Shown here in pieces: positions 25,850 to 38,117 of a DNA stretch of 64,000 bases; position 1 is the stretch's first letter, and the number at the start of each line of letters is the position of its first letter. A model generated the notes under the pieces. That model did not search any database. It worked only from the letters and a program-made list of their open reading frames with translations, and was not told the DNA's origin. Both the position numbers and the translations under genes were made by a program. Origin of the DNA: Podospora anserina (lineage: Eukaryota); NCBI GenBank assembly GCA_017654855.1, contig CM030333.1:1984001-2048000 (forward strand), written 5' to 3'.

Positions 25850-27370
25850 ATGCTGGGGATCATGGCATCACAGCCCTCTTGTTGGGGCATATTCCCCACA
25901 CCAGCCAACAATGAGCTCACCAGACACACTATCTACCATGATCTTAACCCAGCCTGCCAGGAAATCCGCCTGCTCAGAGTTCATCTTGAGGAAAAAGACG
26001 GCTTTATCCGGTGTGAGCTCCTACCAGCAGCTAGTCTGTCCAACATCAGAGGGCAGTACACGGCAATATCCTACTGCGCGGGAGACCCTAGGAGAACCAA
26101 AAAAATATTCGTCAACGGCATGCCGTTCAATGTCTTTGAGAATCTTGCCCATGTCTTGGAAATGACAAGGAACTTCTGGACCAAGACATTTCCCGATAAA
26201 GAGTGCATAATCTGGGCCGACCAAATCTGCATTAACCAGTTCAACCTTGCTGAGCGCTCACACCAGGTCGGTTTCATGAAGGGTATTTACTCTTCAGCGG
26301 CGGAGACCTTGATATGCCTTTCCACCACCGACGTTGACCCTCGTGGAGTTGAGTGGCTGGTGAAGCTACACCAAAGTGTCGATCCTGATGGCGACTTCTA
26401 CCAGTACTACTTCCACCTTGAGTACTACCTCCGAACCAACCTGGCCAACAAGCAATTTGCCGACGATTGGTTTGCATTTTACGACGTCTTCAACAGCCCA
26501 TGGTGGATGCGAACTTGGGTCTATCAAGAGTTTATTTCATCCTCCAACATCTATTTTTTGTATGGAAAATCATCTGTTCCCTGGAAAAGACTGTCAGAGG
26601 TACTCCCGACACTTCAAAAATACAGCCACTTCCCATACTTTGGCCCGGCTATTACTGAACGCCAAGCACAAGTCGCAGACACAAAGAACATTGTCAACTT
26701 TTTCGTAATCAGTAAACTTCGGTTTGATCGGGTTGGGCCATTCGACTTGATGGATCTGCTTTCTCAATCTCGACATCTTCAGAGCAGCGATAGCCGCGAC
26801 GGGATCTATGCTTTCCTTGGTCTTGTTCGTGAGACCTACGGGATCATTCCAGACTATTCCCCTGAGAACACTATGGAACGGCTTTTGGTGGATATTGCAA
26901 CGCGGATTGTCTTGCAAGACAAAACATTGGATATTCTCTCAGATGCGAGCAGGGTGAGAGGAGAGCTGTCGCCACGACTTCCCTCTTGGGTTCCAGATTG
27001 GACCACAAAGACTTGTGTCAGCCTTATTCCAAGAACCATCCGAGATACAAGTGACGGATCAGTCGCTTTATTTCCTCGAATCGTTCAATCAGGGAAGCTA
27101 GAACTTCAAGGTTTCCATATCGGTGTTTTCAGAAATGGAAAGCTTGGGTGGTACTTCCCCAACAGTCGGGACAGATGTCGTCATGATGGTGAAGGTCGCG
27201 AGGAGTTGTGGGATATTGTCGGGGCTCAAGGTCCATTTGTTTTGCGTCACGTGGGGAATCAGTATCATTTTGTCAGGGAAGCACAGAGAAATAAACCTGC
27301 TGGATATAATAGCGTGGAGGATGCTGTTCAGAGACATGGATTGCAAGCGCAGACAGTGGTACTCTCTTAA
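25850..27370 (+). CDS. HET-domain (HET-6-like) heterokaryon-incompatibility-type protein
   Basis: HET motifs: EIRLLRV, YTAISYCAGDP, IWADQICINQFNLAERSHQVGFMKGIYSSA, PWWMRTWVYQE, SDSRDGIYAFLGL and LPSWVPDW. Single exon; start at ATG 25850 or 25862. Confidence 0.92.
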   Translation: MLGIMASQPSCWGIFPTPANNELTRHTIYHDLNPACQEIRLLRVHLEEKDGFIRCELLPAASLSNIRGQYTAISYCAGDPRRTKKIFVNGMPFNVFENLAHVLEMTRNFWTKTFPDKECIIWADQICINQFNLAERSHQVGFMKGIYSSAAETLICLSTTDVDPRGVEWLVKLHQSVDPDGDFYQYYFHLEYYLRTNLANKQFADDWFAFYDVFNSPWWMRTWVYQEFISSSNIYFLYGKSSVPWKRLSEVLPTLQKYSHFPYFGPAITERQAQVADTKNIVNFFVISKLRFDRVGPFDLMDLLSQSRHLQSSDSRDGIYAFLGLVRETYGIIPDYSPENTMERLLVDIATRIVLQDKTLDILSDASRVRGELSPRLPSWVPDWTTKTCVSLIPRTIRDTSDGSVALFPRIVQSGKLELQGFHIGVFRNGKLGWYFPNSRDRCRHDGEGREELWDIVGAQGPFVLRHVGNQYHFVREAQRNKPAGYNSVEDAVQRHGLQAQTVVLS

Positions 27371-28097
27371 GATACTTAGTTTCTGTTGCCTTTGTTGTTT
27401 ATCACTGTCAGGTTAGGTACCAGACCTAGCACCTACTGTATTCTTCGCCGGGAATATTGATATCACACCAGCGTCACAGGAACCAAGTACCCCTGCCACC
27501 TGTTCCCCAACGGTGCGAAGAACAAGCAAGGCCTGCGAAAGAGCTGGCACATTCATATTGGAACACTCCAAGTCTTGTACCACTTCCCTTCTTTAAGGCA
27601 GACTATGCAAACTACTATATCCCTTTTGGTAATGAACTGTAGCCCGGGTAGTTTCCTCCGGCTACGACGTTGTATTGTGGCTGTATGATAGCATTTTATA
27701 GACTTATAGCGATTGGCAGCTGAGATACGAATGCAACCTAGGTACCTAGCTTAATGTAACTCTGATACCCTTCTTTATTTACCTCTGCACCTTTGCACTC
27801 TACCCTGCCACTCCAGAGCCGGCTTGATGCAATTGCGCTCGGCATGCTGCCTGAATCGGGCCTTTGAAATGCCTTGAAGTTGTTAGACTGGAAGTTGTGA
27901 TGACATGGTACCCAGTTGATAGGCATTAATATCTCATAGTCAACGATATCTATTCCATGCACGATGTTCTAATCACCAGAATAAAGGAGACTGATCAGCC
28001 TATTCCAACCCTAGGTATTCCCTCATTCATCAGTCTCCAGGGGATTATCACAACAACATTTGCCCTTGGAAGGTCATCCTCTAAGCGCAAGCAAGAT

Positions 28098-31000
28098 ATG
28101 AGGACCCGCGCCTATGCATTGCTCAGCAGCATGTTCACGACCAAACTTCGAGTTAGGACGAACGTTGCAGCATGCTACAAACCCATACCTCTCAGGACTG
28201 GATTCTTGGTTATCATGGCACTGTAGTACGTTCACTCCCTGACTGAATTTACCTATCTTACAGCTGACAACGACTGGGAAGTATCTGCTGTCTTCTCGCT
28301 CTCGTGGAAACAGCTCTTCAAAAGTTTTCCATCTCTCATGATCGACGAACCGTGCCCAATGACACCGTCTCTTTCGGGTACGGGTCTTTTGTCAGCGCTC
28401 CGCTTATCCCGCCGCGACAAACAACGCGTGCCATATATGCTCTACCAGATCTACAACCAAGATGGACACCTGCAAAAGGATTAAGAGCCGCCAACACCAC
28501 GGTCAATGGTACAGTCCCCAACCCCTCAACAATCGCACCCAGTTCAGCATCTCCGGTCGTCAACCCAACACCTACAGAGTCAGGTCCACCAGCCTGGCTG
28601 GAGGCACTAGAAGGGCCATTTCGATCTGCTGGGCGGAGCGCCTACTTTTGGGATGAAAGTTTGTCGTCAGGAAACGGTACGAAAGAAATCTTTACAGAAA
28701 GGAGCCAACTCAATGGTCGAGCACCCATTCCACCCCTCGACAACTGGGGCCGGCTACTGGGCCCACGTCACAGCTTTCGCTTTTTGGTTACGGCAGGGGA
28801 CTATATCAGCCCCGATGCAAGCTCTTTTCGTAACCTTCTGGCCATATGGCACGACCCCTTGGACTCCCAAGCTAGCCTTGCAGTCTTGAGACGTGATCTA
28901 GGCCTGATTGACGAGACATACGAAACCCCAGGAAAGGACGAGCCAGACTACCTCAGGAATTCCCCTCAGTCCTGCACAGTGGTGTGCAGTGGGTCAGCAC
29001 TTATCTTTTTGGACCAGACTTGTTGGTTGTCGTGGTATATCACCTCATTGATGTGGACTTATACCTGTACAGACACTGTGCAGTTCCAAAACACGCATTG
29101 TTTTAGCTTGGTTGCAGACTTCAACAATGGACACAAAGATCAGCCATGCAGCAGTCCGGATCCCAGTGGTTTGGAAGGAGATGAAGCGCAGAGCTTAGTA
29201 TTTGAGTCAAATCGTCATGAAGAACAAGACAACAAGAGCAGTACTGCTTCTGATACAGTCCAAAGAACAACCTTTGCATCATCGATGACCTCTTCATCCT
29301 CTGCAGCTTTTACATCATCGGTAGCCTTTTTATCGTCACCAGCTTTTTCATCGTCAATAAGCTTTCCGTCGTCAACAACTTTTTCATCAACAACCTTTTC
29401 ATCATCACCAGCTGTTTCATCATCATCAGCAGCATTGCTGACCTTTCAGCCGCCCATGACAATCATCACCAGCATTACTCATAGCGGTTTCAACCATGGC
29501 TCCTTCAGCACATTGACCGAAAGTAATAGTCAAACCGACAACACGGTTAGCCAGCCCACAATACAAACATCGACTTCATCACCAGACAAGAATAGCATTA
29601 AGCCGTCAAAATCTCAACCAGAGGAGTTCGCAGACATTGGTAGTGGCCATATTGGTACAACCGTGGAAAGCAAAGGTGCAAGTAGGATCAACCCCGATAG
29701 CATAACATCGACCAGTCGCAGTCTCGAGGCAAGCGACCAGTCAACAACTCCCTCTAAGAGTTTCACGGCCACTGCCTCTACTTCCCAGGTCACACAAGAA
29801 TCAGGGGTTCGGGATAGCCTTTCAAGGATTAGCGAAACAAAACAAACAACAACACCACACTTCAATGCGTCCCAAATTACGACGCCAACAACCCTATACG
29901 CTGACTCTATACCGATAACATTATTGCACATAAAAAGCTTATCATATCCAGATGCGACACAATTCCGACAATTGGTTGGGTCTCAATCAAGTCAAAAACG
30001 TCATGATAAGACAATCAGCGGTGCTTGGCAATCAACAACATTTCCTAGCATGGAGAAACCCAATAGTGCAGGCCAATCACCAGTTTCAGACACGAAAACG
30101 AGGCCCCCAGCCGTCACACTGCCCAAAGAGCCTAATATGAGCGATAGGTCAATCCGCTCTTTAGTTGTCACAACAGAAGCTTCTCACAGTCTTGATTTTC
30201 TCGAGGACGTCGCCAGCCTAGCTCTGGCACAAAAGGCGACAGTCAGCCAACTTACAGGCTCGGTGAATGGAACAAGGATAATCACTGCATTACAGTCGTA
30301 CAAAGAAGCCATCAATCTGTCCACAACGACTTCTTTTCCTACGGATGCCAGGACTTTGGCCGCGATAGCCATCCCTACTTCCGTCACAGACCTACATTCT
30401 TCGCCATCGACAAGTCATAACCCAACAGAAACGGTCAGTTCGGTGATAGGCGGAGCACAAATACCGCCTCTTTTTCACCCTGTTTCATTGGGAGACTATT
30501 TCCTAGCTGCATACGTGCCTGTAATGATCACGTTGCCCTTGGCAGCTTTGGCACAAATATTGAGCATGGAGGTCAAAGCACTTGCCCCCTTCCACGCACT
30601 CAGTAGACCGATGGGGGCGGCAGCTACAGACTCCCTGTGCCTCCCCACAGGTGGCTTTCCGGGGATCTATAAAAGCATTTGCCTTTGCTTCCGGCGTCAA
30701 GGTCGACAGCCCTTATTATTTCTGGTCGATCTGCTTGTCTGGACCACGGCCATCATTGCCTCGCTCTCTAGCGAGGCCTTCGGCATCAAGCTCCATGGCA
30801 AATGCAAACACGACGATTTCAGAGGATGCTACATGGGAATTGCAGTATACGGCACTCAAAGCCGCATCATTCAGAGTCTACTGGGCTTCGCCTTATGTCT
30901 TATTCTGCTTATTATGTATCGGCTCCGAAACTGGCAAACCGGCATTGATGTGCCCCATGGTCGAAGTGTCGCAGCCATATCTATGCTCGTTACTGAACCA

Positions 31001-31987
31001 TGCACACGCAGAGTCTTGCAGCACCTCAGGCCCGATTCCCACACCGGGAGACTCAGTAACAAGGACATGGCACGCCAGCTTGAAGGGTACATCTTTAAAT
31101 TAGCACCCATCTCATCACACCTGACTGGTTACAAGCAGCTTGTTTCCTCAAGGCCCGCACAAGCATTACGCGAACCCAAACCACAAAAGACACCAACCAC
31201 ACGCCGCTCCAGAATCACGGAATTCGTTGACCACCTTCCACAAGGCTTTCTCCTTCAATTCCTCGTCATCCTCGGTACACTCAGCTTTATAATTCTGATA
31301 ATATGCTATGAAACAATTACGGGAGCCGATTCTCCGTTTGAGCACTTCATGAACTCTCAGGGCTTCGGTGTGAAGCTCCTTTCTGCAGGACTGGGTGTAG
31401 TGATATCTCTCTTTTGGGATGATTATTTCGCGCGTGAGTTGTCTCTGACATTTCTAACCCAGCAGTTGAACCCAAGCTAACCCGTCATCCCGACAAACAA
31501 GAGGTTGCACTCAAAGAGCCAGACCGCCAATTCAACCGCTGGCCGCGCCCTGCCAAAGCCTCTTCCGTTTTCCTAGTCTCCCCACCGACCACTGCCTTTG
31601 CCGCCCTCACTCCTGCTACCCTTCACAGACGCCAGTTCTTTCTCATGTGGGTTGCCTTTGTCACCGTTCTGTCAAAGATCACGCCATTGTTGCTATCCAA
31701 CATCCCATTCAGCCCCTGGCTCACCTGGGAGAACACATCGTGTCTGTACTTGGACCGCGGTTGGGATCTTGACAACAATGATCCTCACATTGGGGTACGG
31801 TCTTATACTTGTCAAGTACTCCCGATGGCCGTCGCATCCAGGAAGACTCGGTGGCATCATCTACTACCTGTTGACAATGCCGTCTAACAGCAACGGAAGA
31901 ACACCGATTTTGCGGTTTCTTGATGATGGAATGGCACCAGGAAACCGTGTGGAGGATATTGAACTTGGAAATATCCAACGTCGTTGA
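28098..31987 (+). CDS. DUF3433-like multi-pass membrane protein with a long Ser/Thr-rich region; apparent +1 frameshift at ~31732 (disrupted allele or sequence error)
   Basis: Intron 28226-28281 gives YKPIPLRTGFLVIMALYICCLLALVE; a second intron lies at ~31434-31501. Motifs include YFLAAYVP, FMNSQGFGVK and LLLSNIPF. The expected continuation THRVCTWTAVGIL is in another frame. Confidence 0.7.
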
Positions 31988-32043
31988 AGCTACAAGCTAC
32001 CTATACTGTATCCTAGAAACAATCCAACTCATCATGATGGACA

Positions 32044-34111
32044 TTACCCAGACTTCCTCGGAGTAACATCAACTCCCACTAAATCACCAGCCCTATACTC
32101 TTCAAGAACCTTCATAAAGGACAAGATGCCCTCCGACCAAATACCCATCCTAGCACTCTTCATCATCTCGGCAGGATCCTGATTTGGCTTGTTGAACTCG
32201 CCCTCCGAAGTGGTATAACCTGGCGTGCACACGCTAAGTGCAGCAAGATTGGCAGCTCGCTTGACGGCTTCCATCGCCCAGCCCTCTTCAGCCTCTACTG
32301 TCGGGTCAATCACGGCGAGCCCCCCAACCTTTTCCTCGGCCTTCTTGATGAAGTGAGTCATGTGTTCAGCCGCAATATCCAACGTCTCAGTGTTGTTAGG
32401 AGACTGCCCAAACTGAGCAGTCGGCCCAAAGAAAAGGTTAGGAAACCCGCGGCTGATAACACCATGGAGAGTCGAAGCTCCCTGAGCATCCCACTTGTCG
32501 TCGAACGACTTTCCACCACGACCAAAAACATTGATTCCCGTCCGTTTCGCAGGGTTGAGACCACCATACGCAGGAGACCGATACCCAGTGCTGAGAACGA
32601 GGATGTCGAGCGGATACTCCTTCCCTTGCACGACCAGCCCTGTGCTAGTAGCAGAGTCGATACCCTTTCCGTCTGTGTCAACCAAGTGAACGTGAGGGAG
32701 GTTGAATGCCTGCAGGTACTCATCACTGAAAGTTGGACGCTTGCACCAAACAGGGTACCAAGGCTTGAGCGCCTTTGCTGTCTCCGGGTCCTTGACGATC
32801 TCATCAATGCGAGCACGAGCCTTTTCAGCACGTGGCAGGTCCAACATCAAGAGGCCCCCAACATGCTCGCCAATCTTCTCTGGAGTAGGCTCGATGATCC
32901 CAAAGTTGGGAGAGCCAATGATAGCACAATAGGCAGGCGCCTCGGTCCATCCACAACCCACCATGTTGACTTGCTCCGGGGGTGCGCAGTTGTTAAGGTA
33001 AGTGACCCAGTTATAGCGGCGCTCGCGTTGCCATCCTTTTTTGTTGGCGATCTTTGTTTTCCTTTGTAACTGTTAGCCCGAGTTCGAAGTCTCCCCCAAC
33101 AAGATCAAAGAGCTGTACTTACCATTCCTCAAGATCCGTTTCCTTCTGGCCACGCCAACTCACCGACGAAGGCGTCCGCTGGAAAACATACACCTCCTTC
33201 GCAAACTTTGCCAGCTTCGGCACAACCTGAATAGCCGTCGCACCAGTCCCGATAATCCCCACCCTTTTCCCTTCCAAGCCGGTCAAATTCTGGTCCTCCT
33301 GCGAGCCACCCGTAGTCCCATAATCCCAGCGAGATGTATGGAACATCGACCCCCCAAGGTTCTCCAGTCCTGGTACCTTGGGAACATGAGGAATCGTCAA
33401 AACACCCGACAAAACAAAGAAATAATTCGCCTGGATATTCAGCTTCCTTTCTCCCTCCTCTGGCCCCCTGTTTTCCGTCACAGCCACATTCCACACCTCC
33501 TCCTCATCACTCCACCTGCAATCCGTCACCTCCGACCTGAAAAGCGCCTTGTCATGGAGATCCCACTTTGTGGCAATCCTCTCAGCATGCTCACGCAGCT
33601 CAAGTCCCGTAGCGTATTTTTGCTTAGGAACATACCCCGTCTCTTCCAACAGCGGCATGTAGATATAACTTTCCACATCACAGTGCAGACCAGGATAGCG
33701 GTTCCAATACCAAGTACCACCATATCCACCACCAGCCTCAATGATACGGAGGTCATCAGGACCGTTGACGAGACCAGCTTCGATAAGCTTGACAGCGGCG
33801 ATGAGACCGCCGTAGCCGCCTCCCAGGATGACGAATTTGTACCTCCCGCCATCCTTGACAGCGGGGGTTTTGGCGTTGAGAGCTGCGTGGTCGACCCAGG
33901 GATCTTTGCCTAGGGAATGGATGCGGGCGTCCTTGGCGTCCTGGAGGTCGACGTACTGGGCGAGGCCGTCTGAGCGGAAGCGTTTGGAGGCTTCTTCAGT
34001 GTATTTTTGTTGGATGCTGGCGAACTTGGCTTGCATGGCTGCCATGTCGGGGGGGGCTCCGTCGGAGCCATTGGTGCTGTCAGCACTGGGGAGGACCTCT
34101 GAGGTCGTCAT
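32044..34111 (-). CDS. Baeyer-Villiger-type FAD/NADPH-dependent monooxygenase
   Basis: Motifs: FAD-binding GGGYGG, GGTWYWNRYPGLHCDVESYIY, BVMO fingerprint LGGSMFHTSRWD, NADPH-binding GTGATA, VFQRTPS and LSTGY. Intron 33062-33122. Confidence 0.93.
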
Positions 34112-35262
34112 GGTGTGAGGTTTGAAGAGTTATCTTTGTCAACCAGGACTGAAGATACAGATAACGGAAACCAAAGAGAGAGGAACGGATGGCTTACGAG
34201 TTCCAAAACAGGATGTCGTGCAAAACTTTTACTTATGTGTCTCCCCCTGGGAAGCCCTGGGTGCGAGTACGAGCAGTTTATATACCAGAACGAGTACGAT
34301 CGCGAGAATGGTAGGACGGGATCGGGTTGCCTGGTGGTGTGTCTCGCGGTGCTCACAGTGTGTGGAGAGTGTGTGGGTTCTGGGCCTACCGGCTGCAGGG
34401 GCGTTATTGATCCCATATTGAAGGTCTTGGCGGGATTGCGAAACCAGGAAAAGACAGGTCGGCCATGTCGCATTGCATACTGTACATTCCTCCTGTTGTT
34501 GCAACGCACATTGCCAACGCCCTGAGTCTCGGGGTTTAGCAGCTGTCCGATCCCAAGATTAACCGCGCTCTCCCGGGCAGGATGAAACAGAACCTGCCAT
34601 CTTCTTCAGCGTCCGGCATCAATCCGAAGCAATCATCTGCTGGGGGTCCAAGACAACTCACCGCTCATGGACTTGTCATGTCTCAAGCCGTTCCTTCACA
34701 TTCTTCAGTTGCCCCTCCATAGATCGCCATCCCGCTCCGTGCAAGCGCCAATCATTGGCCGTTTGGGATATAGGGTTACAGACAAGGTTCTTACGCGAGC
34801 CCCTATGTCGATAAACGCACAGGTCACAGTGCGGGGTGGATGGGCCGTGTACATACTGCATCATTATTTGTGTACTCCGTAGGTAGTTTGATGACTCTTG
34901 TCCAATCGTCAGATACCAAGAGGAGAGTGAGGGGTCAAAAATGCAGATATCGACAGTCTCAGCCGTCGAACCCCCCGAAGGCACACAGGAGCTGATAAGG
35001 TCATACTCCCAACAAGGGTTTCTACAAGTTGCGTAATGCATCATGCTAAACTCTTGGTGTCCACGGAAGTTAACAAATCACCAACAGCTCAGCAGGGAAC
35101 CAAAGTCCCCAAGGTGCCAACCGCATCAAGCGATGGAACACACATATAACTTGCTCAACCTTCCCCCCTTCACCATCATGACCCCTCTTGTCTTGTTATC
35201 GAACAGGGTCGACCTGCATAAACAATACACCAATAAGAACCAACAACTAAAAAGCCACCAAC

Positions 35263-36394
35263 ATGCCTACCGACCCAAGCTCTGTCCCAAACTTTGACGA
35301 CCTCCCCGCAGTCGATGGACACCCTCAGGGCTGCGCCTGGGGAGTCTTCGACAAGGACGGAAAGAAAGACCACTACGGTACACTGAACTTTGTCACTCCT
35401 GAAATCGTAGCTGCTGCTGCCAAAGAAGTCACAGATGGCATTTCCATCTCTCTCAAGTATGTGTGCGGATTCTCCACGCAAAATAGGCACTAACAACCCC
35501 AAAGCTGGCCCCTAAACGGCATCAAGTTCCCCTTGCCCGGCCGCAAAGCCCCCGTCCACAAACCCGTTTCCCTCCGCGAGGCAGGGATGGAAATCGATGG
35601 CTTTGACGACGAGCTCGAAATCAACACCCAATTCTCCTCCCAATGGGACTCCCTCTGCCACTGTGTCCTCCCCTCGGGCGAGACCTACAACGGGTTCAAG
35701 CCCTCTATTGAGCTCCTTCAAACAACCACCACTGAGGGCAACGAAATGCCCACTATTGATCACTGGCACTCCCCCGCCAAGGGCTGCCTCGTTGCCCGTG
35801 GCGTCTTGATTGACTTTAAGCGCTATATTGATGAGATCACTGACAAGACGTATGACCCCCTCGATGGTCATAGGATCACCGTTGAGGAGATCGAAGCGGT
35901 GGCGAAGCATCAAGGGGTGGAGATCAAGCCAGGGGATGTCCTGATTGTTCGGACGGGGTATACAGAGTTTTTGGAGAATCCAACTCCGGAAGGGTTTGCC
36001 AAGATGGCTACAATGTCGCTTTCTGGCGTGCATGGCACGACTGAGACGGCGAAGTGGTTCTGGAATAAGAGGATTGCGGCTGTTGCTTCGGATGCGCATG
36101 CTTTTGAGGCGCTGCCGCCATTGAAAGAGAATGGGGAGGTTGGTGCTGTGTCGGATTTGGGTGAGTTCTTTGCCAGCTTTTTGAACACAAAACGAATGGG
36201 TTTGCTGACAGAGAACAGTGCTGCACAAGTGGTTTTTGAACTACTTTGGAACACCCATTGGTGAGCTTTGGGATTTGAAGGCGCTGGGAGAGTATGCCAA
36301 GAAGAAGGGCAGGTACAGCTTTTTGCTGACAAGCGCACCGTTGAATCATCCTGGACTGGTGGCTTCACCACCCAACGCCATTGCCTTGTTCTGA
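35263..36394 (+). CDS. Cyclase-family (kynurenine formamidase-like) metal-dependent hydrolase
   Basis: Motifs AWGVFDK...DHYGTLNFVTP, NTQFSSQWD, RGVLIDF, GDVLIVRTG, GTPIGELWDL and SPPNAIA. Introns at ~35458-35504 and ~36161-36218. Confidence 0.88.
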
Positions 36395-36921
36395 GCTGCT
36401 TCCAAATTTGTCAGGATTCAAAATAAAGAATAAGAAGGAAAAGCCAAACCAAAGCTGGCTCACACTGTCAGGTTATGGACAAATAAAATAGACCGGAATG
36501 TGATGAAAAAGGGTTAAACAGCCTTCGATTACCCATATTGCCTGACTATCTCTGTTCACCTCACGATACACGGATAGTACGATAAGGTCGTCATAGTGGC
36601 TGGCTGTTAATTCCTGGGATCGAGTGGCAACATCTAAAACTAATATGATAGAATTTCAAACCATAGGTAATGGACAGGGAAGTTCGTTAGTTGGAATCCA
36701 GACTTTGAACACTGTGAGTTTCAACTTTGAACGCCGTTTCCTACTAGTTTGAAGCCTCGAACCGATTTTCAACGTGTCCGAAGCCGCAATTCCCGGAGCC
36801 ACAACTCCACCCGCCTCCTCGGCGCTCCGGCTCCCTCCTCAACCTCACCGCCGGTACCACCGTCTCTCACAAATTCACCACTTAACCACCCCAAACCTTA
36901 CAAACACCACCACCCCTCAAA

Positions 36922-37458
36922 ATGTCAACCTACACCCACCCTTCCGACCCCTCCACCCTCTCCCACGTCCAATCAACATGGGACTTTATCCGCCCCAACT
37001 CGTCCATCTACAACCACCTCCTCTCCGACATCCGCCTCGTCGCCGCCACAAAGGGGCGCATCATCGCCCACCTAGACGTCACACCCATCCACACCAACTC
37101 CAAAAACATCCTCCACGGGGCAGTAAGCGGGACGCTGTGTGACTGGGCCGGGGGTATGGCGATTGCTGCTGAGACGGGGCTGCAAAAGACGGGCGTGAGC
37201 ACGGATATGCATGTTAGTTATTGCTCGACGGCCAAGGTGGGAGATACGTTGGAGATTGAGGCTTGGGTGGGCAGGGCGGGGAAGAACTTGGGGTTTACGG
37301 GGTTTGAGATTAGGAGGGGGGTGACAAATGGAGAGGGGAAGAAGGGGGTTGTGGTGGCTATGGGGAGTCATACCAAGTTTCTATTGTTTGGGCAGGGGAA
37401 GAGTGAGATAAAAGAGGAAAAGAGGGAGGGGACGGTTGAAGGGAATGGGTCCGAGTAG
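36922..37458 (+). CDS. Hotdog-fold acyl-CoA thioesterase (PaaI/ACOT13-like)
   Basis: Motifs HTNSKNILHGAVSGTLCDW, GVSTDMHVSY, GKNLGFT and GSHTKF. Confidence 0.88.
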   Translation: MSTYTHPSDPSTLSHVQSTWDFIRPNSSIYNHLLSDIRLVAATKGRIIAHLDVTPIHTNSKNILHGAVSGTLCDWAGGMAIAAETGLQKTGVSTDMHVSYCSTAKVGDTLEIEAWVGRAGKNLGFTGFEIRRGVTNGEGKKGVVVAMGSHTKFLLFGQGKSEIKEEKREGTVEGNGSE

Positions 37459-38117
37459 GGGATTGGGGCGAGGGCAACCCTGAAGACATAGACTTATAGA
37501 CAGTTACATGGTTGACAAAATGATAGAGGCAGCCGCTGGGGATGAACATGCAAGCCAGCATGACTCTAAGAATAGTTTATAGATGTTGAATGTATACTTG
37601 TGGCACTTAAAGATACGGTAGCCAATAGACCTTTAAAGATGGTTCATATGCCTTTCAAGATGAGGTCATTTATGTCTTTGAAATAGTTGAACGGTCTTCG
37701 AAATATAGTCGAAGGCGTTTCTTTTAGCTTTCAAGACCTTGAATCTACGTTACAGAGAAGATAAGCCCCGCCTAAAGTTTAACAACATTGCTGGTGGTGG
37801 TTCCCAATCAGAGTCCCTAAAGGCAAACCCACGCTCATGCCTGCCACCATGGAAGTGCTGGTACGGTGCCTTCTCAAAATATGGCGGGGTTGATGCCAAA
37901 CGGATGAAGCAGAAACCATCGCAAATCATCAGAAGAGGCCCGTGAAAGAGCTCGAGGTGGGGTGTAAGGGTCACTTACCAAACTTGAAAATTTAGTCCCG
38001 CTCCTTATCTACCTAGCTAGCTTCATTCCGCCATTCTTCTTTTGCTCTCCGCGACCGCACCCACTCTCTACATATAATATCCACATTCAATTCTCTACAT
38101 CCTTCGAACCACGCACA

